From assembly GCA_963701965.1 (NCBI GenBank), contig OY969695.1, forward strand, positions 4,256,001 through 4,320,000: a stretch of 64,000 bases of DNA. The letters run 5' to 3'. The position numbers and the translations under genes are program-made. Below are positions 10,716 to 22,180 of this stretch, piece by piece (within the stretch, counting starts at the first letter, position 1; every line of letters begins with the position of its first letter). The DNA comes from an uncultured Gemmatimonadales bacterium (GTDB lineage Bacteria; Gemmatimonadota; Gemmatimonadetes; Gemmatimonadales; Gemmatimonadaceae). Under the pieces are notes generated by a model. That model made no database searches. It was not told the origin of the DNA and saw only the letters and a list, made by a program, of their open reading frames with translations.

Positions 10716-11357
10716 TTGTTCACCGAAGTCGCCCTGCACGTCGCGGAGGGTCGCTCCTTGCGGATGATCGAGGTTGTCACCGGCCTGCTGGCGATCTCGC
10801 CGGCCGCCGCTCATGCCGCTGGTATCAACGATCGAAGTGGATTGGTGCGAGCTACCGATAGCGTCAATGTCATCGGGTGCTACGAGGTGCGGTCGACGCC
10901 GTGGCCCGCGCAGCTCGCCGCTCACCGAGCGGATGTACCTGACTCGTTTCGTCTGGACTCCGTGATCGGAAGCGGGGCCTTCGAATGTGGAAAGCGCGTG
11001 GTTCGCTCCGTGCGCGATGCGCGAAGCTGGCCCGGTGTTTTCTCGTATTGGGAACCCATCGGTACCGATGAGATACAGGTCGCCTGGACGACAGGATTTT
11101 CCGGACTTGTGATGCGCCTCACGGTTCACGGCGACACACTGCGAGGCGGGGCAACCGCCTTCACTGACTACATAGTTCCGGGAGCCCAGTCACGCAAATC
11201 AGAGATCGTAGCCTGGCGTGTCCCATACGAGTCAGCGCTCCCTGACCCTTCGCCTAAACTCACGTGGAAGGAACTGCTGGTGCTGAGCGACTCGGAGATC
11301 GGCGCCCTGTGGGCCTATCTGCGCACGGCTCCGGCCAAACCTTACGGCGCGCGCTGA
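10716..11357 (+). CDS. Hypothetical, probably chimeric (C-terminus resembles a cytochrome c tail)
   Basis: Ends LSDSEIGALWAYLRTAPAKPYGAR; remainder unassigned. Confidence 0.4.
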   Translation: MFTEVALHVAEGRSLRMIEVVTGLLAISPAAAHAAGINDRSGLVRATDSVNVIGCYEVRSTPWPAQLAAHRADVPDSFRLDSVIGSGAFECGKRVVRSVRDARSWPGVFSYWEPIGTDEIQVAWTTGFSGLVMRLTVHGDTLRGGATAFTDYIVPGAQSRKSEIVAWRVPYESALPDPSPKLTWKELLVLSDSEIGALWAYLRTAPAKPYGAR

Positions 11358-11480
11358 TAGGTCACGTGCCAGACCCGGGCCGCCTTGTCGTCGCTGATGT
11401 AGAGCGCGCCATCCGACGCGACGGCGACACCGGTCGGCCGGTGGTCGGCCTTGTCGGGTTGCACGATCGTCCCGGCGAAT
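11342..11480 (-). pseudogene. PQQ glucose/sorbosone dehydrogenase C-terminal fragment
   Basis: HRPTGVAVASDGALYISDDKAARVWHVTY. Confidence 0.7.
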
Positions 11481-11496
11481 ACGGACGCGCTGCGGC

Positions 11497-12660
11497 TCAG
11501 CGAAGGGCGCTCTCCACTAGCGTGCACCAGTAGCTGGCGCCGAGCGGTAGGATCTCGTCGTTGAAATCGTAACGGGCGCTGTGTAGCGAGCGGCCGTCGG
11601 CGGTGGAACCGTTGCCGATCCACACGTAGCATCCCGGACGGGCCGCGAGCATGAAGGCGAAGTCCTCGCAGCCCATACTCGGCGGAAGATCGCGGTGGAC
11701 ATTGGCTTCGCCCGCAACGAACACGGCGGCGCGCGCGGCGGACTCGGTCGGGTGCGCGGCGTTGATTGCCGGCGGGATCGGCTTGCGGTACGCCAAGGCC
11801 ACTCGGACACCGTAGGTCGCGGCCACGCCTTCCGAGACCTGGCGCAAGGCTGCGTCGAGCACCCGGCGCAGTCCGGGCTCGAAATAACGGCAGGTACCGC
11901 GCAGTACGACCTCTTCGGGGATGACGTTCCAGGTGTTGCCTCCGTGCACCTGCGTGAGGCTGACGACCACATCATCCTGCGGATCGATGACGCGGCTGGC
12001 GATCGTATGGATCGCACCGATCAGCGCACCGGCGGCGACGATCGGGTCGTCGCCGAGATGCGGCATCGCCGCATGGGCGCCACGGCTGGTGATGGTGATC
12101 TCGAACTTGTCGTCCGCCGCCATGATGGGGCCGGGACGCACGGCGAATGCGCCGACTGGAATGCCGGGCCAATTGTGCATGCCGTAGACCGCCTCGACTG
12201 GAAAGCGGGTGAACAGGCCGGCATCGACCATCGCCTGGCCGCCGCACTCGTTTTCCTCGGCGGGTTGGAAGACGAAGTGGACGGTGCCGTCGAAGCGGCG
12301 CGTCTCTGCGAGGTAGCGCGCGGCGCCGAGCAGCATCGCCATGTGCCCGTCATGCCCGCAGGCATGCATGACGCCCGCGTGAATGGAGGCGTATGGGCAG
12401 GTAGTCTTCTCGTGGATCGGCAGCGCATCCATGTCCGCGCGCAGCGCAATTGCGCGGTCGGCGCTGCCGCCGCGCAGCGTGGCGACAACCCCGGTTCCCG
12501 CGAGACCGCGGTCGATGGGAATGCCGAACTCCGTGAGCTTCGTGGCGACAAAGTCGGAGGTGCGGTGCTCCTCGAAGGCCATCTCCGGATGGGCGTGGAT
12601 GTCGTGCCGCCACGCGGTCATGTCGGCCTGGAACTCGGCGATGCGGCTCAGAATGGGCAT
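11497..12660 (-). CDS. M20D amidohydrolase (hippurate hydrolase-like)
   Basis: HAHPEMAFEE, LRADMDALP, MHACGHDGH, FQPAEE, EDFA, LHSARYDFND. Confidence 0.95.
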   Translation of the reverse strand: MPILSRIAEFQADMTAWRHDIHAHPEMAFEEHRTSDFVATKLTEFGIPIDRGLAGTGVVATLRGGSADRAIALRADMDALPIHEKTTCPYASIHAGVMHACGHDGHMAMLLGAARYLAETRRFDGTVHFVFQPAEENECGGQAMVDAGLFTRFPVEAVYGMHNWPGIPVGAFAVRPGPIMAADDKFEITITSRGAHAAMPHLGDDPIVAAGALIGAIHTIASRVIDPQDDVVVSLTQVHGGNTWNVIPEEVVLRGTCRYFEPGLRRVLDAALRQVSEGVAATYGVRVALAYRKPIPPAINAAHPTESAARAAVFVAGEANVHRDLPPSMGCEDFAFMLAARPGCYVWIGNGSTADGRSLHSARYDFNDEILPLGASYWCTLVESALR

Positions 12661-12693
12661 GGGTCTTACTGGGCGATGGTCACCAGTAAATGA

Positions 12694-13540
12694 CTAGCCC
12701 CGTTTCGTCCTGATGGATTGAACGTTATTGCAGCGCCCCAGGTATTGTCCCGGTGTCACGCCGTAGGCTGCTTTGAACCTGCGAATGAGGTGGCTCTGAT
12801 CGGCGAACCCGGCGGCCGCGGCCGCGATTGCCGGCGGGTCGCCGGAGAGCATCAGCCGCTTGGCGTGGCGCAGGCGAAGCTGCGTCTGGTACTGATGCGG
12901 CGGAAGGCCCGAGCACCGGCGGAAAGCGCGGAGCAGGTGGAAGCGGTCGACGCCGGCGAGGGCCGCCAGCTCGGCCAGGGAAGTATTCTCGGCAAAATTC
13001 TCCGCGAGGTAATCAAGCGCCAACGCGACGACCCGGGGGCTGCGCTGGCGCAGGCCGCCGCGCGGTGCGGTCTTGGCGTGGCGATGGGACAATTCGACGA
13101 GCGCGGCGATGAGCAGCGTCTCCCGCTCGAGCCTTCCTTCCGGATGCTCGAGGGCGCGATGAAGGCGGGAGAGGATGTCGGCGAGCGCTGCGTCGGAAAC
13201 GACTGCGGCGGGGAAGAACGGCGTCGCCACGCGTCGCTCCGCCGCCTCCGCCACTGCGGCGGCGAGTACGGCTTCGTCGACATACAGCATGCGATACGAA
13301 TAGCTGCCGTCGTGACTGGCCGGACCGCCGTCATGAGCTTCGTCCGGATTGACAATGATCACACGGCCCGGAATCGCGGTCCACACCTCGCCCCGCGCCG
13401 CGAACGCGTGCGCCCCCGGCCTGGACGATGCCGAGCGCGTAGCCCTCATGGGAATGCCGTACATAGCGATGGGTGCTGGCATCCGCCCGCAGCAGCTCGA
13501 CGCCAGCCAACCCGTCAAGCCGCCAATACCGTGAAGGCAT
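12694..13540 (-). CDS. AraC family regulator, frameshift in G-run near 13415
   Basis: RHSHEGYALG cupin N-terminus in ORF 13331..13609; HTH GFADQSHLIRRFK..GVTPGQY in ORF 12694..13779. Confidence 0.85.
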
Positions 13541-13559
13541 GCGCTCGCCAGGAAGGGGA

Positions 13560-13808
13560 TTAGGGCGACGCTCGTCGCATTCGGATGAAAGCCCCGAACC
13601 CCACGCCAATCCAGATCACGTTGACGGCGGTCAATGGCCATGCCCAATGCCATGCGGCGTTCGCGCCCACCATCAGACTCCCCGCCAAGTTGAGGCCCTG
13701 AAATACCGCGCCACGCGCCGACAGTCTCTCGAACGACACCATCGCATACGCGCAGATCAGTAACACCCCACCCGTCCACCCGATCACTTCCATCGTCAGA
13801 TCAGGCAT
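13560..13808 (-). CDS. CBU_0592-like small membrane protein
   Basis: IGWTGGVLLICAY..FQGLNLAGS..NVIW. Confidence 0.75.
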   Translation of the reverse strand: MPDLTMEVIGWTGGVLLICAYAMVSFERLSARGAVFQGLNLAGSLMVGANAAWHWAWPLTAVNVIWIGVGFGAFIRMRRASP

Positions 13809-13810
13809 GG

Positions 13811-14524
13811 TTAGGCCACCGCCAAGGTGGCGAAGGCGCGCACTGGAAACGTGCCCATCCCGCGCACCTTCACCGGCGCGGCGGTAAAACGGAATCCACT
13901 GGCCGGCAGCTGCTCCAGATTGCACATGTGCTCCACGATGGGAATCTCCGCTCCGAGCAGCACCGTGTGAACGGGCCGCGTGCCGTCGGCTGTGTCGTCA
14001 ATGTTGTACGAGTCGATGCCCACCAACACCGCGCCGGCGTCGCGCAGGTACTCAGCGGCGGCGCGCGTGAGGTACGGGTGGCCCGAGAAGTATTGCTCCG
14101 TGGCCCAATGGCGCGCCCACCCCGTCTCCACCAGCACCGCCTTACCCCGGACATCCAGCGGCACAAACGCATCCCGGTCCACGGCGCGGCCCGCCAGGCC
14201 CGTCACCCGCGCCACCACCGCGTCCAGCCCCGCCAGCGAAACCAGCTCCAGCTCGGATAGGTCCTTCCCGTGCTCGAAGCGGTGAAAGGGACTGTCCAGG
14301 TACGTACCGGTGTTCGACACCATCTCGATCTTGCCGATCTGAAAGGTTGTACCGTCGCTATAGAATTTGCGCGAGTCCTCGCGACTCAGAAAGTCGCAGA
14401 TCAGCGGCGCCGGAAGCCCCTGATACGTGATCATCCCCTCGCAGACCGTGTGGCTCAGATCGACGTGCACGAGCGCCCTTGGCCTACTCGGCGTTGCGAC
14501 CGGTGCTCCTTTGTGCCGCTCCAT
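13811..14524 (-). CDS. Cyclase family (kynurenine formamidase-like) protein
   Basis: DLSHT, NTGTYLDSPFH, VGIDS, HTVLL..IVEH, FPVRAFA. Confidence 0.9.
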   Translation of the reverse strand: MERHKGAPVATPSRPRALVHVDLSHTVCEGMITYQGLPAPLICDFLSREDSRKFYSDGTTFQIGKIEMVSNTGTYLDSPFHRFEHGKDLSELELVSLAGLDAVVARVTGLAGRAVDRDAFVPLDVRGKAVLVETGWARHWATEQYFSGHPYLTRAAAEYLRDAGAVLVGIDSYNIDDTADGTRPVHTVLLGAEIPIVEHMCNLEQLPASGFRFTAAPVKVRGMGTFPVRAFATLAVA

Positions 14525-14801
14525 GATAATTTCCTTGTTGAGGATCATTCGGTGCGCCTGACAACGGATGTCGAGTCGGTTGTCGCCACGATCTGGACCG
14601 CCATCCAGCGAAAGACCGATAAATATCCCTCCCGCGCTCGACATCGTGGCGAGCCTGGGCGATGAGCAGGCGACGCAGAATGGCACACCGCCTGACTGGT
14701 GTCCGGGTCGGAAGTCTGACTGAGTCGCTTGGTCTCTAGAGCCAGCGCCCCCAAGCCCCGCAGTCGCCACTCTCCAGTTGGTGGAAGCCCGGGGAAAGTC
14801 T

Positions 14802-14839
14802 AAGAAAAAGCACCCGCCAGTAGCACTGGCAGGCGCTTT
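14802..14839 (-). terminator. Rho-independent terminator just downstream of the distal tRNA 3' copy
   Basis: AAGCGCCTGCCAGT-GCT-ACTGGCGGGTGCTT followed by a U tract on the minus strand. Confidence 0.75.
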
Positions 14840-14851
14840 CGTAACTGACTG

Positions 14852-14894
14852 TCGGGACGGCGGGATTTGAACCCGCGACCCCCTGAACCCCATT
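14852..14894 (-). repeat. att core: 43-bp copy of the tRNA-Pro 3' part
   Basis: TCGGGACGGCGGGATTTGAACCCGCGACCCCCTGAACCCCATT identical to 60958-61000. Confidence 0.97.
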
Positions 14895-15123
14895 GCACTC
14901 CATTGGAGCAGATAGGCGTGCAAAGTGCGGCAGATTCGAAGGATAGCCCGCCTGAATGACTCTAGCACCGTGCAGGATCTGCGCGAGTCTGCTGGCCCGA
15001 AACATAACCCGTTCATACCCCAGTTTGGAGCAGCACCAGCTCGGCGGCGGCCAGCTGGGAATCAACGACTTGTAAGACGAGCACTCCGGCTTCGAGTGCC
15101 CAGCTACAACGACGCTGACGCCG

Positions 15124-15591
15124 CTAATCCTTGATCCTACTTGTGGGGCCACTTGGGAGGGGATCCGTCGAGTCGGCCGCGGCATTCACTCCAATGCAGC
15201 CTGGTACCGTCTCGGTATGACCACTCAGAAGGCGATTCAGCCGGTCCCACCGATCAGGGTCGTGTCGCTGGACGCTATCATCGACGGCATGGACCCGTGC
15301 CATGCCTTCTCCAATTCCGAACGCGTCCATGAGTCTTTCGACTTCACAATCCACCATCTTCGTATCCGGTTTAAGCATTTCGTAGGTCGTATCGCCCAAC
15401 TCCTTGGCGATCAGGCGGACGAGCCGGTCCGTGGCATGTGGATACTGGCTCACGCTTGCTGGCGGGGCGTGAATTTCCTGAACGCACCCGGTCAGCCCGA
15501 GGGAGAGAACGAGGACTACGCTGGAACAACGGAGCAACCGGCGTCGGAACGTCACGCAGGACCTCACTGTGCGAACAAATGCAGGGGGCAT
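15124..15591 (-). CDS. Hypothetical lipoprotein (possible immunity partner)
   Basis: Lipobox LGLTGC; overlaps the 3' end of the lipase-like gene. Confidence 0.55.
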   Translation of the reverse strand: MPPAFVRTVRSCVTFRRRLLRCSSVVLVLSLGLTGCVQEIHAPPASVSQYPHATDRLVRLIAKELGDTTYEMLKPDTKMVDCEVERLMDAFGIGEGMARVHAVDDSVQRHDPDRWDRLNRLLSGHTETVPGCIGVNAAADSTDPLPSGPTSRIKD

Positions 15592-18044
15592 GTGAAGAGG
15601 TCACATCCGTTGAAGAACATCTCCGGATTGGGACTATTCAATGGGAAGACCGTGAGCGTCCACGTGTCGTTCCAAGGCTGTCCCGGTGGAGCGTTGGGAT
15701 TGCCGGGCGTCCCGGGTGGGAATGTGACCCTGAATTGCCCCGAAACCGGCCACCCATTCGACGTGCTGCTCAACGCAGCGAGGCTGCCGGAGACCGTGGC
15801 CTGCGTGCCGGCGAGAAGTGGCGGCCCAGTGTACGTGCCGGTCACGAGTCCCAAACAACCGGGAACCGTGCACTGAATGGCGTCAGTGATGACCAGCGTG
15901 TTCTGCCCAGACACCCAGGTGCCGCTGGCGTCGACAATGGCGAACCCGCGCACGGTCGTCGTGTCGATCATCGTGACCTTCGATACCGCGATCGGAATGG
16001 AGACGCGCACCCGGTAGCGTGACACGATCGCTGAGTCGGAGCCTGAGGTTCGACCCGAGATCACGCCGGTCGAATCAATCGTGTCGACTGCCGGCGTGAG
16101 TACCGCGTACTTGATTGCCCGGTTGGGCAGCGTGTCGCCGTAACCATTCTTCGCGAAGACCGTGAGAGCGCTCGGGGTGCCGGTTTTGACCTGCACGGAC
16201 GCCGGTGTCACGTTCAACGAGTCGGTCGCGCAGGCGTGGTACAGGCTGTCCACGTCACTGACGATTTGCAGATTCGTTGGAACGGCGGCCAAATACGTTT
16301 GGATGAGGTGCAGTTGAATTCCCGCCATTACCGGGCCGTCCTTGAGCGCGGCCACAGGGGGGAAGGTCGCGTATTCCTGCTTGACGTAGAACGCGGAGCT
16401 ATCGGTGAACGTCCTAGCCCACGTGTTGGTCAGGCGGTCGGCGACTATGTCACCCGACTGCACCACGTGCTGGAGGTAGTGCGCGGGCAGGAACGAGCTC
16501 CAAAAGCTGCTCGTCGGCAATGCGATCGACATCGCCGCGACACATAGGGAGTCCGTTTGTCTGTTGTACGGATTGGATCCGCTTGTCAGCTCCGTCAGCG
16601 CCTGGAGTGCGATCAGGTTCCCCTGCGAGTAGCCGACCAGATTACGTGCCGGCCGAGACTGCGCGACGCTTGGATCGCGTTGTACAACGAGTCGCGGTCA
16701 GTCGTATTCAGCGGCGTGCCAATCATCAGGCCGATCCACTGTTGCGCCGCCTCGAAAATATCATGGTCCTGCATCCGCCGATACGTTGTATCCTGCATGC
16801 ATTTCGCGACGAAGCCCTCCAACGAATTCATGCCCAGCAAGCCATCCTCGACAAAGTTGTCTCCCCTTACGGTACAGTAAGCGAGCTGGTCGCCCGTCGG
16901 CGGCTTTTGGTCGGCGTATGGGTAATTGACCACAAAACGCATGGTCACGGGACCAAGCGTATCACTGAGGGTGGGGAAAGTAGCCCTCAGGGCTTTGGAG
17001 AGCAGGACCGCCTCTCCATGCGCACCGCCCGCATCGGTGTTGATTCCGTTACTGAAAATTATGTCCGTCGGCTCCCACAGGTGCGACGAATCAGGTCGAG
17101 ACGCTCGCGGCCCGGAGTGACCGCCGCGGTGTCGCGCGCGACGCGCCGGACGCGCGACGTTCCCGTAGCGATCGCGCGCGCACCCGAGCTGCCAGCACGC
17201 CGTTCTCCGAAAGCTCGAAGGAGTGCCCCGCGATTGCCGCCATCACGCGCTGCATCGCGGGCGCATCGGCACTATCGTCGAATGAGAGAAAGTCGAGGAG
17301 AGCCAACTTCGCGGCGAGGGTGCCAATATCGAGAGTTTCGCCGTACTGGACCTCTGAGGAAATCAGGCTCTGTTCCGCCGCTACCGGGTCGGCTGCGGTC
17401 AACAGTGATCGGACCTGTGTGTAGAGTGGCTGGAGGTCTGCCGGCAACGTCAGAATCGGATCGGCGCTCGCCACCAACACATGCGTCGAGTCCATGGTGA
17501 TTGTGCCAGACGCGGGCACGAAGTTGCCATCAACGGTTACGAGAAGGTTCTGATATCCCTGCTGCAGGGTGTACGTGTACGTGACCTTCTTACCCTTGGC
17601 CAGAATGGAATCGGGCTTCGTGGGGCTTCCCGTCACGCCAGGGCCGACGGTCGTCAGCAAATGGATCGAGCAGGCCTTGGTGCCCGTGGCCAACGTCGTG
17701 ACTACGGTCGTATCGATCGCGAGTTGCACGCTTCCCGTGCTGTCCGTCGTGAGGTATGCCAACCCTGCAGTCGTACCGACCTTGGCCGGCACGATGATGC
17801 GCCCACTATCCGCCTTGTTGACCACTCGCCAGGTAGCGGTGACCGGCGCAGTCAATGTGTTCTTGACCTGGAACGTCGTGCCGCAGAAGTACGTCATACT
17901 GAGCGGGTTGTTCGCGGTGGCGGCCGCGAGGAGTGCCTCCTCCCGAGTCCGTGGACGGGTGCTGTCGCTGCACGCGACCACGGCGAGGATCGCGATCGCG
18001 GCGACGGCCGAGTGAATCACGACTGCCTGACGGCCTGACATCAT
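15564..18044 (-). CDS. Large secreted lipoprotein with alpha/beta-hydrolase (GYSQG) and Ig-like regions, split by at least two frameshifts
   Basis: Lipobox VVAC; joining ORFs 17091..18044, 16613..16948 and 15564..16532 gives IIFSNGINT..HVILVGYSQGNLIA..LNVTPASVQV..TIDSTGVISG. Confidence 0.7.
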
Positions 18045-18510
18045 AAGGTCGGCGCACTCCCGGTTGTCTTACGTCAACGGGCTGGGAACAAACGGCGCCA
18101 ACGGTAGCGTCTACTGAACATTTGGTCAACAGCGTGTTGCGCATCCGTTTGTAACGACTTCTAAGCGCGCGATCCTTCTAACAGAGATTGCAGTTCTGCA
18201 AGGACACCATCCGCGTGCGCGCGAACCGCGGCCTCGCATGACTCGGCGCGGACGGTGAATGCGGTGCCGACGGCGACGGCAAGGACGCCGTTGGCACTGA
18301 CCTCGAAGGGATGTGCAATGTCTGGCCGGACCTGGAATCGCGCACCGCCGTCGAGGGTGAGCGCGCGAGGGCGTCGGTACGTGGCGCGTCGTGGGCTGGG
18401 CGATGCGCCACGCGCTGGCGGACGAGTTCCCGGTCGCCGCGCTCACAATGGTGCTGGCGCAGCGCCAGCCGGCCCCGGGGGTGCTGCACCATTCCGATCG
18501 CGGCAGTCAG

Positions 18511-19972
18511 CCCGGATTCAACTGGTCGTCGCAACAGTGGCTGAATGTGTGGAACGTAGGAGCTGATCCAGCGCCTGGGCTGGTGTTCTCCAACCGAGGG
18601 TCTTCCGAGGCCTGGTGTTGAGGTTGAGGGCCACGGCTTCCACGTCGGTCGCGCTGTGCAGGCTCAGGTCCGTGCCCTTCGGAAAGTACTGTCGCAACAA
18701 GCCGTTGGTGTTCTCGTTCGTGCCGCGCTGCCGCGGACTGTGGGGGTCGCAGAAGTAGACGCGCAGGCCGGCGTCAATGCGCAGGCGGGCGTGCTGCGAC
18801 ATCTCCGCCCCTTGATCCCACGTCAGCGAGCGTCGGAGCTGCTCGGGTAAGGTGGCGATCGTGCGCGTGATCGCGTCGCAGACCGCCTCGGCGCCATGCC
18901 CGGCGAGGGCAGGCCCGTTCTTCTCGCGAGCGCCGAGGCCATGGCCCGCCATAGGCGGCAGGTGCAGCAAGAGCGTGAACCGCGTCGTGCGCTCCACCAA
19001 GGTGCCGATCGCCGAACTGCCCACGCCCAGGATCAGGTCGCCCTCCCAATGGCCCGGCACCGCGCGGTCGGCCGCCTCCGGCGGGCGCGCGCTGATCATG
19101 AGCTCCGGCGTGACAAAGGCCTTGCCCTGCCCGCGGCTGCGCGCCCGCGGCACGCGCAGCGCCCGCCCCGTCCGCAGGCACGCGGTCAACTCACGGCGCC
19201 GGGCGCCCCGGCCCTGCACGTACAGCGCCTGGTAGATGGCCTCGTGGCTGATGTGCATGGAGGGGTCCGTGGGAAGTCGAGTCGCAGGCGATGGCAATTT
19301 GTTCCGGACTCCACGCCGACGCCCACCGCCGGTGCTGCCGGGGCCCGTGCCGACGCCCCTTCCACGCCACGACGGGACCGGGGACGGCGGCGCCGTCAGG
19401 CGCGACGACCACACCGGCCAGACGGTCTTCCACATACGCGCGGAGCGCCGCATGGACCGCCAGTCGGGGCGACCTTGGACGACGAGCGGCTCGGTCGGCG
19501 TACCACTGCGCCGTCGTGGCCCGATAGGCGAACCCACGGCCACGCGTCGCGGCATTCCGTCGCACCTCGCGCGAGATCGTCGACGGCGCGCGTGTCAAGC
19601 GACGGGCGATCTCGCGCACGCCGTGCCCGTGCGTGCGCAGGATCGCCAGTTCCTCGCGCTCCGCGATCGATAGGTACCGCCCGGACCGGGGTGGCAATGA
19701 CGGCGCAAGGTGTGATGGGGGCATCCCGCCAGTCTCCCGGAACCATCGTCTGCCCACAGCGGGCGACACTCCGACGGCGATCGCGGCGTCATCACTGGAG
19801 CACCCCACTGCGATCGCGACCCAGAATCGTCGCCGCTCGTCCCGTTGTGCCACCGAGGGCCGGCCCGGTGAGCGCAACACGACGACTCGCCCGGCTCGAC
19901 CTGAAGACCGCTGTCTTTTCGTCGACATCGCAACCCCTCTGCTAGGTGTTGCGACGACCGATTGAATCCACC
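18511..19972 (-). mobile_element. IS30-family insertion sequence
   Basis: IRs GGATTCAACTGGTCGTCGCAACA (18514-18536) and complement (19947-19969); CAG duplicated at 18508-18510 and 19973-19975. Confidence 0.92.
18518..19928 (-). CDS. IS30 transposase, frameshifted near 19270-19295
   Basis: RYLSIAERE, STISREVRRN, WSPEQIA, ISHEAIYQ, GHWEGDLI, LTWDQGAEM, QRGTNENTNGLLRQYFPKG. Confidence 0.93.
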
Positions 19973-20334
19973 CAGTACGCCGGGCACACCTATCGGGCGC
20001 AACTCGCGGCGCATGGGATGGTGTGCAGTGTGAGCAAACAAGGAGACTGCTACGACAACGCGGTCGTCGAGTCGTTCTTCGTCCAGGTTGAAGGTCGAGC
20101 TGGGGCGGGCGCCGACGCGGCGCGGGCGGCGGTGTTCGAGTAGGTGGATGTCTGGTACAATCGACGGCGCCTGCACTCGTCGTTGGGCTATTGACACCCA
20201 TAGCGTATGAACTGATGCAAGCGACAAAGATCAAAGCAGCTTAACTCACCTGTCCACGAATTGGGTCAGGTCCATTTGGCGCTCGGACGGTTATCATTCC
20301 CGATAGCCAGCCCCGTGCCGAACAGAGTTCCGCC

Positions 20335-21252
20335 ATGCGCATTCGCCCGGACCTTGCCTCACGATATGAACGTGTCGCGAGCATCGCGGCGGCAACTGCC
20401 ATCACCGTGGGCACCGCCGTGCTCGTCTTGGTGCCGATGCGGCCGCGCCGCGTAGCTGAATCAGTAGCCCCGTCGGTACACCACGCGAAGCAGGTGGCGG
20501 AGCGTCTCGAGTACGTCATCGCCCGCGCCCCGGCTTCTTCGGTCGCAGCTCTACTCCTTCCAACGCATCCGAGGTCGCGTGTTCAGTCCCTAGACATCAC
20601 CAAGTCGCCGCGCGAGAGCAAACGTCGGACCGCCATGTAGAGACGCGTGGCCCCGGTCTCCGAAGCCGTCATTCCACCTTCGATCGCGCCGTCGCTAGCG
20701 GCGGACGCTGGCACTGGCTCGCCACCACGGCCAGTATCGCCGCTCGCAGGGCCGAAAGCCGCAGCACCCAATGAAATGGCGACGGGAACTGCAAGCTGGT
20801 GGAGCGCGATCGGCCGCGCGCGGGCTTTGGGCAGTGCAAAGACTCTTTTTCACCGAGATGCCGAGCCCATGAACTTCGACTCGGCCCTCCAAGTGGTGCG
20901 TGATAGTTTGCACGCCGAGTTCGCCGCCGGACGACCAACGTCCGTGCCACTGACACAAACCGAACGGGACGCGCAGTGGCGTGCGCAAGCGCTCGCTGCG
21001 TTCGCCGAACGCAACAACGGGGAGTTCCATCGCCCGACGATTTCGGCGGGAGCTAGCATCCCCATCGGACTGCCGTTTGGCGGACCGTCGCACGATACGC
21101 GTGAACGCGACCGCGCCATCTACGCTCAGACGAAAGAAATCCAGGCCCGAATCCAGCGTAGGGTGGACTCGACGCTCGCCGCACGGCGACAGCGCCGCGT
21201 CGACTCGCTCGCACGTGTCGACCACGCGATGCGCTCTGCACTACCGGACTAA
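20335..21252 (+). pseudogene. Hypothetical protein with in-frame TAG at 20638-20640
   Basis: ORFs 20335..20640 and 20647..21252 share a frame; N-terminal TM segment and Pro-rich linker. Confidence 0.45.
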
Positions 21253-21339
21253 CGACGTATCACGAACGTTGTCGCGCTCAACACGCCCTGTGAACCGCGA
21301 GACAGTAGCGCGTGTAACTGAGCGGCGACTCGACTTCGA

Positions 21340-21490
21340 TTGTTGCTTGGCCGGGAGCGCACGGCCCGCGCGCTCTTGTCCGCGATGTTGCGCAACGGGA
21401 TCCTGACCTCGTCAAGCCATCGGGCGCCCGTGCGGCTGGCCTTCCCGCCGCGAGTGACCGCCATCCTCTTTCCGGAGCTCGTGGCCGTAC
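21340..21490 (+). pseudogene. Fic-family C-terminal fragment
   Basis: ERTARALLSAMLRNGILTSSSHRAPVRLAFP..ILFPEL. Confidence 0.55.
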
Positions 21491-21989
21491 CGGGGCAAGC
21501 GGCAGATCCGGCGGACTCCCCAGTGTCCGACGCGGGATCGGCGCGCGAGAGGATCACGCGGCGGACCATACCGGTGGGGCAACGCAAGAGACCGTAGGCC
21601 GACGGCCAGCGGGGCCGGCCAACGAGCCGGCTTCGGCGCTTACATTGTCACACACGGCTTCGAGGGAAAGGCACCGCAGCTTACCAAACCCTCGTGTGTC
21701 ACCATGAGCCCCGCGAAGCCCGATCCGACGTGACGACTCCCCGGGAGCGTGCGGATGTCCCCCACGTCGACCAACGGCTGGGATGAAGTCGATAAGGGCT
21801 TTTGCCGATCCGACCGCTGACCCTCATGTCCTTGCTAATGTTCAGTACGGTGCTTGTCCTTCTGGTGACTCCGAGACTGACGCAAACGGCATCCATGGGT
21901 TCTTTGTGCCGTTCGTCGTGCTCGTCGTGTTTCAATTGTTCGTTCTGGCGACGATCGCTCGCCTGCCCGCGCGGATGTCGCTGGCATGT

Positions 21990-22120
21990 TTCGCGCTCCG
22001 AGGTGGCGAGTCGCACTTTCATTGGGCGCGCTCTGGGGAATTCATCAGCCAGGTCAGCGCGATTGGCCCTCTTGGCCTGAAGTACATTGACCCTGACGAT
22101 GACCCGCGCAAACACGAGGC
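21990..22120 (+). pseudogene. Cupin C-terminal fragment
   Basis: HFHWARSGEFISQVSAIGPLGLKYIDPDDDPR. Confidence 0.55.
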
Positions 22121-22180
22121 TGTGGCCTTCGCGGGAGTCCCTTCAACTGATTGGCGCGCTCCCTTCTGGATGGACGTATC

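Larger units (their letters stand above)
18375..20274 (+). mobile_element. IS3-family remnant (3' part of orfB and right IR), interrupted by IS30
   Basis: GWAM..LHHSDRGSQ | YAGHTY..GDCYDNAVVESFF..WYNRRRLHSSLGY; IR ..CTGTCCACGAATTGGGTCAGGTCCA. Confidence 0.85.

Noticed and set aside
14852..14894. Additional functional tRNA-Pro genes here and at 45770-45815
   Set aside because: Only the 3' part is present; the D-arm and 5' acceptor strand are missing.
14525..15016. N-terminal extension of the 401-aa cyclase ORF
   Set aside because: It merely translates the tRNA att core (MGFRGSRVQIPPSR) and the terminator; the real start is near 14524.
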